Positions 24,316 through 36,669 of a stretch of 64,000 bases of DNA are shown here, piece after piece; position 1 is the first letter of the stretch; each line of letters begins with the position of its first letter. The stretch lies in assembly GCF_036321535.1 (NCBI RefSeq), contig NC_087437.1, positions 106,268,001 through 106,332,000 on the forward strand. Direction: 5' to 3'. The translations under genes and the position numbers were made by a program. Under the pieces are notes generated by a model. That model worked only from the letters and a program-made list of their open reading frames with translations, did not search any database and was not told the origin of the DNA. The stretch comes from Camelus dromedarius (lineage: Eukaryota).

Positions 24316-27300
24316 GTTAAAGGATCCCCACAGTGTCTTTAGGCAGGTTCATTGTGGGATAGTTTGTTAACAGTCAGGAAAGCTACAGTGGTCAGTATTA
24401 ATGTCTAGCCCTACCAAAAACAGCCAGTAGCGTCGAGGATGGAAAATAAATGAAGTATCTCCAGGAAACAGTCTGGCTTAACTACTTTTGAAAATGTAAC
24501 TGTTTCCCCTCTCTGCTGCTTTAGATGTTGCTTTACATAGAACCAGAAAATGGAATTTTTCACCGCTAAAGCATGTATGCCTATTTCATCTAATTAAGCA
24601 GGGCTAAAGTAGTCATATCAAATAAAATTATAATATTAATAAATTACTAAACTAAGAGTATCACGTTATTAAAGTAATTTATATATTTGCAAGCAAAGGA
24701 CAATAAACACACTGGCAGAAGAGCAGTGCCGAAGAAGGAGATCCAGGTTTAAGTATGGCTTTACTCAAGCCAATTTTAAGGACTTACTGTATAGATTATT
24801 CATAATGTCAGGCCAAGAATTTAAATTATTATAAGAGAGGCATTAAATTCTAATAAACCAACTACTACAAAAATCCTGAAATGATCTCTGTTTTTCCTGT
24901 CAGAGATTTAAAAAACTGAAAAAGTATACCTCAACCAGAAAATAAAAGTTTAGTTTGGTTTGATACGGCTTCCTTTTTTTTTTTTTTTTTTAATTACGCT
25001 GTAGTGCTGGTTTGTTGTACCAAACAGCTTATACAGTCTTGTGTTTCTGATGAAATGAAGACTTTAAATCAGTCAGCAGTAGTTTACCTTTCAAGACATT
25101 TGTGAATTACTTGCACATAGTTTTAAAAGGAGATTTTGACCTCCAGTATAGGCAGTTCTCTCTTAAAACAAAATTTTCCATTTGATTTTTCCTTATGAAT
25201 ATTATATATGTATGAGTGTATGGATATGTATGTACATGTCCAGTTGACCATCTTATATGTATATACATGTACACACATATAAATGAAGACATAATGATAT
25301 TCAAAAGGAAAGATATTTCAAAAGATAATAATTCATGTCAAAAATTCTTTAAAAAGTAAATAATTCTTAAAAACATGAAACTCTTCACTTAACCACCAGC
25401 CAACGCTAAACAGAAATGGCTAGATGCCTTTCTTTTTCGCTTGCTTGCTTTGCTTGGTTTCCTTGCTTCCTTTTTTTTCTTTTCGTTTTTAAGGTGTTAT
25501 GCATGAATCATGATATGAGATACTGACAAATAGCTTTTAATCCTCTTATAGCAGAAGATTGATTCTCAAGTATTACTTTATGTACCTTCTCCCTCATCAG
25601 ATCCATCCCCCTAAACAGCTTTATGAGAAGAGCTCATTTAATGCTTTTGACTAACGAGGAGGAAAGGGCTGTGGTGATGCAGGCAGAGTGGCGTTGTTCG
25701 TAGTTGCTGCCGCCAGGACTAAGTAGTGGTTTGGAAGGAACCTTAGGAGGCAGGGATCTCAGGAGTGAGGAGGAGAGGAAGGAATCTATGCCCTCCTTTT
25801 CTGGTCACCTCGTCATAATATTAAGTGTTACGGTGTAGGACTGCAACCACGTGTAATGTCAGCCCATTTCTATTACTGTGTTAAGACTAACTCTTTTAAG
25901 ACCTTGCAGTAGAATCCAAAAAGAAAAAAAAATGTATAATTTCCATTTTTACCGTTATATAAACACATACAGAATAAACTGACAAAGTATTAGTTTAAGT
26001 TGGATGCTATGATTGCAAGAGTATCTGAGTAGAATAGCAGTACGAAGTAATATATAGAAGTTCTAGTTTCAGATAACAAATAGGTAGCTAAAAAGAAGGT
26101 TTTACACCATCCTCTTATGGCCTGGGAAGTTGACAAGTTACTTATACTTTAAAAAAAAAAAGTCTACTGGTGTATTATCAAGAACTTAAAATTGTTGACT
26201 TTTGGATTTAAAATGCTTTGGGGGAGACATTATGTTAAAGTTTTAGCCAAGATGACATACCTCTGTTTTGTCTCAACTACATGTATGTGTATTTTTAAGG
26301 CAAGAAACATCCAGATTTGTTTTTGATCCCTAAAATCAAACTGTTACGTCTTTTTTCCTTTAAGCATTCCTCAGACACCTTTTTTAAAAAAACACATTCT
26401 ATCCATTTTCTTCCTTTTGCAGTTTTAATTTTATTCCTCATTATCATTTGAACAGAGACAGTTCTCATACATGATCAAGTGCTGTTTCTTTTTTCTTCTT
26501 TGCCTCTCATCATTATTTTATGCACCATAATACAGGTAAAGTAATGAGATCAGTTTCTCTAAATTGTTTCAAGAAACTTCTGTTACTTTGCCTCAACTTA
26601 CATATAAACTATTTCCATTGTCCTTACTGAGATTACAATGATCAGGAAGCCAGGGAGTCTTCTTTTATTAAAAGATAACTTGGGTTGTGAAAGAAAATAT
26701 AGTTCATGCTTTTCATTCTTTGCTCTGTTTTTATGAATGAATTTTCATAAGAGAATTTGTAGTATATTCAAAGGAAGAATAAAATTATTGGTCATATTTC
26801 TATACCATATAAGTACAATAATAATGAACTGTTCATTTTTGCTTTAAAATTTTTTTTCCCCACACGAGAGTCTCAAGTGAGCCAACTTTCATACCTGTCT
26901 TGCTAGCCTTACGTTTGGAAATTCGTGTTGGCATCAGAAGATCAAACGAATTAGGCAGAATTGCTGTGTGGTTTATCGTCACATGAATCGACTCATCACA
27001 TTCATCTTTGTAACGATCCATGTCAGTGAACTAGGAAAAACTGTTGAGTTGTTTTTCTCCCCTGATAAATGGTGAAACTCAAGTACAGTATTTCTTTAAA
27101 GGTTGTGCCTCTGAGTATTTTTGATGAGGTCTGCTGTTTTTCATATTCATCATTTATGCTACTGCCTTTTAAAACTAATGTATCTTTGAAATAGCACAAA
27201 AAATGTTTTAAAATTCATAATTTCAAAACAACCTGTGACTAACTTAATGTCTTCATATCTAGATATAAAAATATTGATATTTCAGTAATATTTCACTTGC

Positions 27301-27369
27301 TGCCAGAAAAAAATATTCTCAGTCTTTTGTAAGAGGGAGGAGGATTTTTGCATACATTTTTACTCTTTA

Positions 27370-27375
27370 AATAAA
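27370..27375 (+). terminator. Probable distal polyadenylation signal AATAAA of GABPA
   Basis: AATAAA preceded by U-rich sequence at the end of the repeat-free UTR-like block. The downstream element is partly hidden by the gap at 27413-27547. Confidence 0.65.
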
Positions 27376-27412
27376 GACACTTATACTGTCATAATAACAA
27401 TTACGTATTTCT

Positions 27413-27547
27413 NNNNNNNNNNNNNNNNNNNNNNNNNNNNNNNNNNNNNNNNNNNNNNNNNNNNNNNNNNNNNNNNNNNNNNNNNNNNNNNNNNNNNNNN
27501 NNNNNNNNNNNNNNNNNNNNNNNNNNNNNNNNNNNNNNNNNNNNNNN
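27413..27547. other. Sequence gap (135 N) just downstream of the distal poly(A) signal
   Basis: Directly visible. Confidence 1.
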
Positions 27548-28289
27548 TTTTTAGAAATTTTTCCCTGTATGCAAATGGTCTCAAACTCCTGGGATAGTAG
27601 GTTGGATAAAAATTTGACAGTCCACATCTGATGTGTTATACATGTGTTTCCTATATACTTAGAAGCTATCAATTTGAGAAGAACAGATTTCACTGGAGTA
27701 AAATTAGGTATTAGTTTAGTCTTTTTAAGAAATGAAATCCCATCCACAAAGTTGAAGTGTTTCAGAATAGCCACAGAAAAAATGGTAACACTGAGTACTT
27801 GTCAAAAAGCAAGTCCATGATTGTTAAAATAAAAATTCTTAAAACTTTTTTTTTTAATTACAAAAAATTACCTGTCCACGTTGGCTGAGTAATAGTAGGA
27901 TGCGTCGGCCAGGACCAGAGTATAGAGGAGTCAAAGCGAACAGGAAGAAAACCCTGACTTAGGCTTTTGTTTATGGTCAAGCAGTGATCAAATTTGACTG
28001 ACAAGCTTTGAAACGAAATAGTTTGTGTGAAAAGCATCAATCTAATTTTATCCAGTTTGAAGTGATGAAAATCATCATTTAGGGAATCAGGAGTCGTATT
28101 TGTTCTCCTAAGACACATATTTTTGTGTACAACTTTAAAGCTTAATTTGCTAGCTAATAAGCACATGTTTAAAAGGCATTTTACTACTAGCAAACTGATT
28201 TCGAACAATACTTTTAAAACTTTATGTAGTGAAGGACCATTTCTTTATTTCCATCGTTACAGAGTGAAACTCTTATAAAATAAAAAGTG

Positions 28290-28480
28290 AATTAATGAGG
28301 GAAAGGGGAGATGAGGAGTTGTTTAATGGATAGAAAGTTTCAGTTTTACAAGGTGAAAAAGTTCTGACGATTGGTCACAGCAATGAATATGCTTAACACC
28401 ACTAAACTGTATACTTAAGCATGGCTAAGGTGGTACATTTTATGTGTATTTTACCACAATTAAAACTTTAAAAAAAAATG
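28290..28480 (+). mobile_element. L1 3' end (L1MB-like) with A tail
   Basis: tttaatggatagaaagtttcagttttacaaggtgaaaaagttctg...aactgtatacttaagcatggctaag...ttttaccacaattaaaa. Confidence 0.85.
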
Positions 28481-28529
28481 AGTTACTAGAACAGTTTAAA
28501 AATTCAGTGTAATTCACCAGATTACACCA

Positions 28530-30430
28530 GAATACACAGGGGGAAAAAATATCATCTCAATAGATGGAGGAAAAGTGTACAATAAAATTCGACATCCGTG
28601 ATAAAATCTCTGAGCAAGCTAGAATTAGAAGGGAGCTTTCTTAACTTGATGAAGACTATGAACAACTACAGCTAACATCATACACAATGGTTTGTTTTTC
28701 CTCTTAAGATTTGGGGGAAAAAAGATACCTTGTCACCATTTCTAGTCAACACTATACTGAAGACCCTACCTGCAGATAAGGAAAGGAAAAGCCTGAATAT
28801 TGGAGGAAATAAAATCTGCAGAAGACATCAAACATAATGAAAATCCTAAAGAGTAGATTTTTTTAAAAAAAAACCTAGAATTACCTTAGTGAGGTCAGGT
28901 ACAAGGTCAATATATAAAATTCAATGTAATTTCAACATGCTAGCAACAAATAATTGGAAATTGAAATTTAAAAGCTACCATCTACAGTAGTATTTTAAAA
29001 AATGAAGTTATTAGAGGAAAATTAATCAAAATTTGTGTGAGACTTGTCCAATGAAAAGTACAGAAATTGCTAAGAAATCAAAAAAATCCAGTGGGGAGAT
29101 AAACCGTAACTGTGAATTGGAAAACTCAATTTTTTTGCAAATGTAAATTGTCCCTAAATTGACGTAAAATCAACTCAAAATTCTGGCAGTCTTTTTTGTA
29201 AACTAGCTGATTATAAAACGTGTATGTAAATGCAAATAACCTAGAATAGCCAAAACAATTTGAAAAAAATTAGAGAACTTGCACTATTTATATAAAAAGC
29301 TTCGTATTCTTAGGCAACAAGGTGTTACATTGTGATAAGGGTAGACATGGACCATTGGACACAGTAGAGTCCAGAAGTAGACACACACATATGGCTAACT
29401 GATTTTTGACAAAGATGCCAAGGTAATTGAATAGGGAAAGGATAATCTTTTCAACCAATGTTAGGACAACTGGATATATTTGTGGCAAAAAGTGAACCTC
29501 AATTCTTATCTTATATCACATAAAAATTGGATGGCTAAAAATGGACCATCAACCTAAACATAAAAGCTAAGCATAAAAGTCTCAAACTTATGGTGACAAA
29601 TACAACATTATAAATCAACTATACATTAATTTAAAAATAAAAATTTTTTAAACCTCTCAAACTTAGGACGAAACAAAAGAAAATATTCATGACCTTGGGG
29701 TAGACAAAGATTTAAGTTCTTATTTTCTTATATGGGCAAAGGATTTCAACAGGCACTTTGCAGAAGATATACAAATAGTTGATAAGTATATGAAAAGTTT
29801 CTCGGCAGCGTCAGTCATCAGGAAACACAAAGTCACAATTCAGTACCACTAAATACTCATTACAATGCTAAAAGTTAAAAGCCTCGCAATACCAGGTGTT
29901 GGCAATGAAATGGGCCAAATGGAAATCACACACATAGCTGATAAAAATGTAAAATAATACACACTACTTTGGAAAAGTTAAAGACATTTTTGTCACAACT
30001 CAGCAATTCCAATCCAAGGCTTTTACCCAAGGGAAATAAAATACATCCATGGAAAAACTTAAACACTGATGGTACAGCAGCTTTATTCATAATGGCCCCA
30101 AACTGTAAACAATCCAAATGTTCACACGCAAGTCACTGCACAAATTGTGGAACACCTATACACTGGAAATACACTCAGCAATCAACATCTCTAGAAAAGG
30201 TGTATCTAATCTGTAAGCACAGATGGCAGATCCATGGTCACCTAGGGCTGGGGATGGGGGATGACTTTGCATTGGGCACAACAAAACTCTGCAGAGTGAT
30301 GAGCATACCGTACATTATGCCTTTGTTCATGGTTAAAGGGTGGACAAATCTACCAAAACCAATTTAAATGTATGTGTAAAATGAGAGCATGACACTATGT
30401 CAATTATACCTCAATAAAGTTAAAAATTGA
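28530..30430 (+). mobile_element. Old L1 (L1MC-like), ORF2 fragment through 3' end. A short younger L1 3' end is probably nested at ~29575-29645.
   Basis: Degenerate ORF2 text (atcatctcaatagat, gatttttgacaaagatgccaag, cataatggccccaaactgtaaacaatccaaatg) ending tcaattatacctcaataaag. Confidence 0.88.
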
Positions 30431-31249
30431 ATTAATACAATAATGAAACAAAAAAGATAAAAATACCCACTTTTTAAAACTTACTAGGCTCCACAGACAG
30501 ATTACTCTGTCAAATTTGTTTCAGTGTCTGTCCTTATCTCCCTGTGGACAAACTGTTTACTGACACTCATCTGCAGACCACAATGATTTAGAATATTTTG
30601 TTGCTCAATGATGAGCATCAATTTTTAACTGAATGATTATGGTGATGTCAATGGTGTATGAAAATTTCTCTGTAATCTGAGAAAAGTATTTTCTCATATC
30701 TGCTAACAAGGTTATTGATCTTGGGGTCTGTATTTCCTGACGTAAATAACCCCCAGTTAACAACTAGGCTATTTTTATAGGTAATGTAACAGTAACTAGA
30801 AATGAATGGAATAGAAAGACACTTAAAAATAATAAATTATTGAGCATATCTATGAGCAGCTCTTCATTTCACTTGCATAGAAATTTATTCATGCAAAAAC
30901 ATTGCTCTAATATTCTCTATTCTAAAAGGAAAAGTCTATGTCTAAGGTTGGTTTCACTTTATGGATAAAAGGGTATGATACACATTCCATTAATACATAG
31001 ATCAACTTAACAGCATTGTGTAGTTGAACCAGAATGTTCACTTGACTTAATGGTTAAAGGCAAAAGCTATGCATTAAGAAGCCCATAGTAATATTTTTCA
31101 GCTCTTGGATTATAAAATGGAGAGAATATTTAATTCAAAGAAAAGTGCAAAAATCTACCTTGTTGGCCTGAAATGTATTGATTAATTGACTAAACAAATA
31201 CAGAGCACCTAACTGCACAGGATATGCAAGGCAGATTGTCAAGGAAAGA

Positions 31250-31445
31250 GCCAGAAGAACTAGGTTATAGTCCCAGCTTTGCTACTGACTACATATGAAA
31301 TTGAGGGCAAGTCGATTAGCTACTTGGCTCCCCCATAACCTCCTGTCTAAACTAGAATGGTTGATACATTTCCCTACAGTGCAGGTCTAGGGAGAGGATT
31401 AAATCATGCAGGTGGAAGCATCTTACAACTACGTAACACTAAACC
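31250..31445 (-). mobile_element. MIR SINE
   Basis: ctaggttatagtcccagctttgctactgact...gggcaagtc...gaggattaaat. Confidence 0.7.
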
Positions 31446-31613
31446 AGCACAGAGATCTGGAAAAATAAAATCTACCCTGCAAAGAATCCTGTTCTCTATT
31501 GTTGAAATTAGTGCTCATCTCATTTAATGATAAAATGATACAATATTGTAAAATGACAAGATTTTGTTGAATGGCTGAATGAATGACTAAATGAATAATG
31601 ACTAATTCTGAAC

Positions 31614-31994
31614 NNNNNNNNNNNNNNNNNNNNNNNNNNNNNNNNNNNNNNNNNNNNNNNNNNNNNNNNNNNNNNNNNNNNNNNNNNNNNNNNNNNNNNN
31701 NNNNNNNNNNNNNNNNNNNNNNNNNNNNNNNNNNNNNNNNNNNNNNNNNNNNNNNNNNNNNNNNNNNNNNNNNNNNNNNNNNNNNNNNNNNNNNNNNNNN
31801 NNNNNNNNNNNNNNNNNNNNNNNTTTTATNNNNNNNNNNNNNNNNNNNNNNNNNNNNNNNNNNNNNNNNNNNNNNNNNNNNNNNNNNNNNNNNNNNNNNN
31901 NNNNNNNNNNNNNNNNNNNNNNNNNNNNNNNNNNNNNNNNNNNNNNNNNNNNNNNNNNNNNNNNNNNNNNNNNNNNNNNNNNNNNNNNNNNNNN
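31614..31994. other. Two sequence gaps (210 N and 165 N) separated by 6 called bases
   Basis: Directly visible. Confidence 1.
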
Positions 31995-31999
31995 GTGAT

Positions 32000-32137
32000 T
32001 GTTTTTTTCTGAGGGGGGCGGGAACTAGATTTCTTCTTTCTTCCTTCCTTTCTTTTAAATGGAGGCACTGGGGATTGAACCCAGGGCCTCCTGCATGCTA
32101 AGCATGTGCTCTGCCACTTGGGCTATATACCCTCCCC
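32000..32137 (-). mobile_element. tRNA-derived SINE (Vic-1-like), followed by an antisense L1 remnant to ~32210
   Basis: ggaggcactggggattgaacccagggcctcctgcatgctaagcatgtgctctgccacttgggctatataccctcccc. Confidence 0.9.
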
Positions 32138-33386
32138 TCTGCTGTCTTTTTGATAATGACCATTCTGACAGGTGTGAGATATCTCACTGAGGTTTTGAAT
32201 TGAATTCATGGTGAAAGGCATCTTAAACCACTTATTTTATAAAGAATAAGTCTTGTACTAGACAATTGCTTTTTTCCCTATGATTATTGAGGTTATAATT
32301 GAAATTTGGATCTGCTGAAACACATTAGTGGCAGCATCAATATTGCATAAGGAAACAGATAAGAAATTGAAAATATCGGAGATATCTTATTGATTACATA
32401 TGTTTATCCACTTGATAGGGTAATTATGTCTATTTGTTGAGTCTAAAAATACATTAATATTGAGATATTTTATCTTTCTGCCATGAAAATAATAAAATTG
32501 GTGTGGAAAAAATTTTTAGAAGAATGCCATAGTAGTCAACTGCATGCTTATATTTGGGTAAATAGGAAACACAAGAGAAAATCTGTGATTTTACCACTTC
32601 AAGGCTTAGTTCTTTTCCATAATATATTTGATTTTATATCCCTTTTAAAATTAATCTGATAAGCAACATTGTAGAAACTATTTTACATTTAAGTATCTTC
32701 TTCCAAATAGAAATTTCAGGTTGTTGCATTGACTGACTTCAAATCTCATTATGAAAATACATTAACTGAGATCAGTGTTTTAGGTTTGAAAAAGTGGTAT
32801 CTATGGCATTTTATTTTTTTAAGTCAAGATTTTTGGTGCAGTTCCAGAAATGGTAGGATTACCCTCCAGTTAAGATATTATTCAAGGATTCAAAATTCAT
32901 ACTAACCTTTCTTGTTCCATAAGCTGAAAAAAAGCAGCTGCCAAGCAGAATTCTCACGACAAGTTCTTGTCAAATTCTCAGTGCTGAAGCAAAGCTATGA
33001 TCTATTTAAGAGCAGTAAGCTTTGGAAGAATTCAGCAAACAGGAAGTCAGAAAGTTTGCAGAGATGGGATCATTCACCTGGGTAGATTTAGAGTTGAAAT
33101 ATTCCATGGTATGTATTTGATAAACTTGGGTGCTGCTGGGGAAAAAAAAAATTCTTCCTCATATTTATTTCTTGTGAAGAAAATTAGCTTATTTCACCCC
33201 GTTGAGAAATAATACGTATCTTTGCCAGGATAAATCAAAGCGAGGTTGTTTTCTCCTTTTTCACTTTGTCTGTGAAGATGCCAGAATTTCCTGTGGCTGT
33301 TTGGTTTTCACAGCGGTGATATCTTTGAAATAGAATGATCCCAAGTGTTCTTTCTCAGATGAGAAATAGTTGAACTTATATCAGTC

Positions 33387-33963
33387 TGTGGGACCTATTG
33401 AGAGTAAATGAGATGTTGAGGGACATGGCGGGCCAGTGTCACAGGCAGTAAAAGAATTTACCAAAGACGAAAGAAAGTTTAGGAAACAAAGGAAAAGTTT
33501 AATAGATACACTATTTCAGGAAACAGCAGGATACAGAGACAAGAAGTGCCTGTGTGAGCACCCAGGGTGATGTGCAAGGTCTTCTACTGGGGGAAGGGGC
33601 TGTGGACACAAGGGGGAGGGGGCTGCATGATCAATTCGTGCTCAGGTACCTGACTGGTTGTAAGACTTGTCAGGAGATACCCTGGGTAATGGGATTTATG
33701 ACTCTGATGAGGGCAGGATGTGCCCTGAGACCTGGCCACCTAGGGTATTGTGAGATTAGCCACTTCCTGGGGGTGGTTAGTTTTGTTAGCGTAAACACAC
33801 ATCAAGGTAAGATGTTTTTATCTTGCAGAAATGCACGTATGTGGAGGGTCCTGAAGTGGGGAGTGGGGGTTAAGGTGTCAATTGGCTCCAGACACACGGA
33901 GAGCCTTGGAGTGGGGGTTTTATGGCTTTAGAGCTGCTCCAGAGATCGCCCGCCAGGTCCACA
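33387..33963 (-). mobile_element. ERV solo LTR candidate (577 bp)
   Basis: TG...CA ends with near-perfect terminal inverted repeat (TGTGGGACC / GGTCCACA), reverse-strand ATTAAA near 33495, and LTR-like composition. Confidence 0.6.
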
Positions 33964-34369
33964 TTAGACACATACTGGAAGCTGCATATACTCCTATGAA
34001 AGTCAGTGGTTATCTCAGCTTACTACATAGCGTCCTAGAAATCTGATGGAGTTGTTGTGCTTTGGAAATCTTTACTCTAGAGACAGGATATTGTTTTCCT
34101 GAAGTGAATCTATCTATATTTTCTCCCATTTCATTTCCCAAAAATTGATCGCTAGATCAGTTTAGTGTCTTTTTGTGGTGGATTGTGATTTGGGGCTGGT
34201 TTCTTCATTCTGCTTCCTCTGATTAAAACACTTTTTCTCTTTATCCTTCCTTTCCTTGCCACTTCTCTGCCCATCCCAAATCTTCTCATCCTTTATTGTC
34301 CTGAATCGAGCAGCCCCTCCGCCTAAAACAGACTATCCTTGAAATTACACACACCTGATCTTCCCACCT

Positions 34370-34810
34370 CACTGGTCCCTCCTTTCTGGGTTCAATACTG
34401 AGCCCCTTCCTTCCTCCAACCTCACATTTGGTGACTACAATTTTATGAACCATCTATGTGATTACAAATCTTAATATTTAGCCTTGACCTTACCCAGGAT
34501 CCAAGAAGGACATCGTCAGCTGCTTAAAGATGTATATTAGGACGTTTCAATCTAAAAATGTAAAAGATGGTTCTTTTAATTTTCCACCCACGTTTGCTCT
34601 TCCTAGTTTTCCCTTCTCAGTAACTAGCTCCCCATCCACCCAATTGTTCAAAAGAAAGGACTTAAAATTTTTCCTTGATTACTCCATTTCCCCATCCTTA
34701 CACCCAATCTTTCAGTAAATATTCTGTCACTAATATCTATCATAAATCCAACCCTGCTCTTCCATCTCCACTACTACCAACCCATTGTCATGCCCTGAAT
34801 ACTCATGAGG
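34370..34810. mobile_element. L2 LINE fragment
   Basis: Pyrimidine-rich L2-like text: ctcttcctagttttcccttctcagt...catccacccaattg...ccatctccactactacc. Confidence 0.7.
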
Positions 34811-34829
34811 ACTTCTGGAAGCTCCTCTT

Positions 34830-35750
34830 TTAATAAGCTGTGCTATATTGATTAATTTTAATGTTAAACAAACCCTGCTTTCCTGGAGTTAGCCCCACGT
34901 GGTCCTGATGTATTATTATTTTAGTATGTTGCTGTATTTGGTTTACTAGTATTTTATTGAAGGGTTTTTTTTCCCCTGTGTTTATAGAGACATTGGCTTG
35001 TAACATTCTTTTCTTGTCAGTCTTTTATATCAGGTTATGCTGAACTCATAAAATTTCTGGATGTATTGGTGTATTTCTTCCTTAAATATTTGGTAGAATT
35101 CACCAGTGAAACCATCTAGGTCTGGAGTTTTCTTTGTGAGAAGACTTATTTTTTTTTTTAAATAACAAATTCAATTTTGCTAAATAGATATAAGAACATT
35201 AAGATTTTTTTATATCATTTTAAGTCAGTTTGGACAAGTTTTTTTTTTTCCCAAGAAATCTGTCCATTTCATCTGAGTTGCCATATTTGTTGATATAAAG
35301 TTGCTTTTATCCTTTGAATGTCTGTAGAATCTACAGCAATACCTTGCTGTCATTTTTGATTTTGATAACTTGAGTTTTTCTCATCTTCCTTGATTGGTCT
35401 TGCTAGTTATCTATCAACTTTTTAATCTTTTCCAAGAATCAATTTTTGGCTTGGTTAATTTTTTCTACTATTTATTTTCTATGTTATTGATTCATACTTA
35501 ACTTTATTGCTTTCCTTCTTGTTTGAGTTTAATATTTAAGTGAAAACTTATGTCACTGAGTCACACATTTAAAATTTTTTACTACAAAGATTTAAAGCTG
35601 AGCATTTCTCCTAAACACAGCTTTAGCCACATCACACAAATTTCAGAATGCTGTATTTTCATTATAATTCAATCAAAATACTTTTTAAGTTCTCTTATGA
35701 ACCCTCTTCTCTTTTGCACCCTTGGGTTATTTCAAAATATTAATTTTAAT
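34830..35750 (-). mobile_element. Old L1 ORF2 fragment, antisense
   Basis: aaatatttggtagaattcaccagtgaaaccatctaggtctggag...ctgtccatttcatctgagttg...cacagctttagccacatcacacaaattt. Confidence 0.88.
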
Positions 35751-36314
35751 ATTAATCACAGTGCTTTATATATGTGTAAAAAGTTACAAATAACCCAAAT
35801 TTTTCACAAGAAGGTATTGAGTTTATTATGGAAACCCATAAAAATTCAACCTGTTAAAAACAATGTTGCTCGGTAAGCAACAGAACACAGTAACAACATT
35901 TTATTAAGGGGAAAACAGATTATGCCATAGGATCCAAATATTTCACTTTGAGGTGTGCATACATCTACGTCTGTACGTGTAAATCACACATATGTACATA
36001 CATGTAGTATTCACACTACAGCTAACTGTTAAGAGACGTGGACGCTGTTCCTTAACAGACTTTCTTATCCTCTTCAGACTCTTCATGACTTTGGGTACAT
36101 GAAGGAAAGCCTAGGACTGAGGTTAATGTGAGGGTTTGAGGAGAACTCAGGGGTTCTGTATAAGAAAATAAGATGTTGTTGTTATTGTTTTTGACCCAGA
36201 AAGTAAGAGAGGAGAGTTGAGAAATGTGTCTGTAAAGCCTGAGTTGCAGAATAGTTTAGCAAAATTAATACCAAATGTGGAATTTAAAGATGTTGGCATT
36301 GCTGTAACATACAT

Positions 36315-36358
<44 letters not shown>
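36315..36358. repeat. (GATA)11 tetranucleotide microsatellite
   Basis: Directly visible, uninterrupted. Confidence 0.98.
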
Positions 36359-36359
<1 letters not shown>

Positions 36360-36669
36360 GGACCTATATCTCTATATATCTCCCTCTCTATCCCCTCCCT
36401 GCACCAGCACAATCTCTGCCTCACGTACAAATGAATAGGTGGATTTGGAAGCAATTAACTGAGAAACATGACTAAACCTTAAGGAATAAAAAGCCTCCCG
36501 GCTGGCACTGTGTTTGTGTGTGTACACATTTGAGTGTATCTGCGGATGACTTTTAAAGAGTTAGAAGGTAATTCACTAAAATATAAACATATGTTATTGC
36601 CAGGTGATAAAATTATGACTTTGAGGTTTGTAAAATTGTATATTCCAAATTTTCTCTGACTGTGGTCAC

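Larger units (their letters stand above)
1..27400 (+). other. GABPA: GABPA gene body, from within intron 1 to the approximate distal poly(A) site. Exon 1 and the promoter lie upstream of the window.
   Basis: Nine in-phase GT-AG coding exons reconstruct the known GABPA protein (MTKREAEELIEIEIDG...TASLQTEKDN*). No CpG island or first exon is seen in the window. Confidence 0.97.
24127..27400 (+). other. GABPA: GABPA 3' UTR (~3.3 kb, AT-rich). The end is approximate.
   Basis: Follows the stop codon, has no recognisable interspersed repeats and several AATAAA. Repeat-rich DNA resumes after ~28.3 kb. Confidence 0.75.

Noticed and set aside
26833-27021. 62-aa minus-strand ORF over the CpG-rich UTR patch as a coding or transposase relic
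   Set aside because: Short, with no motif I can recognise. The RNA-structure interpretation is reported instead.
29969-30367. 132-aa ORF as a novel protein
   Set aside because: It lies within the degraded L1 ORF2 C-terminus/3' UTR (FIMAPNCKQSKC resembles L1 ORF2).
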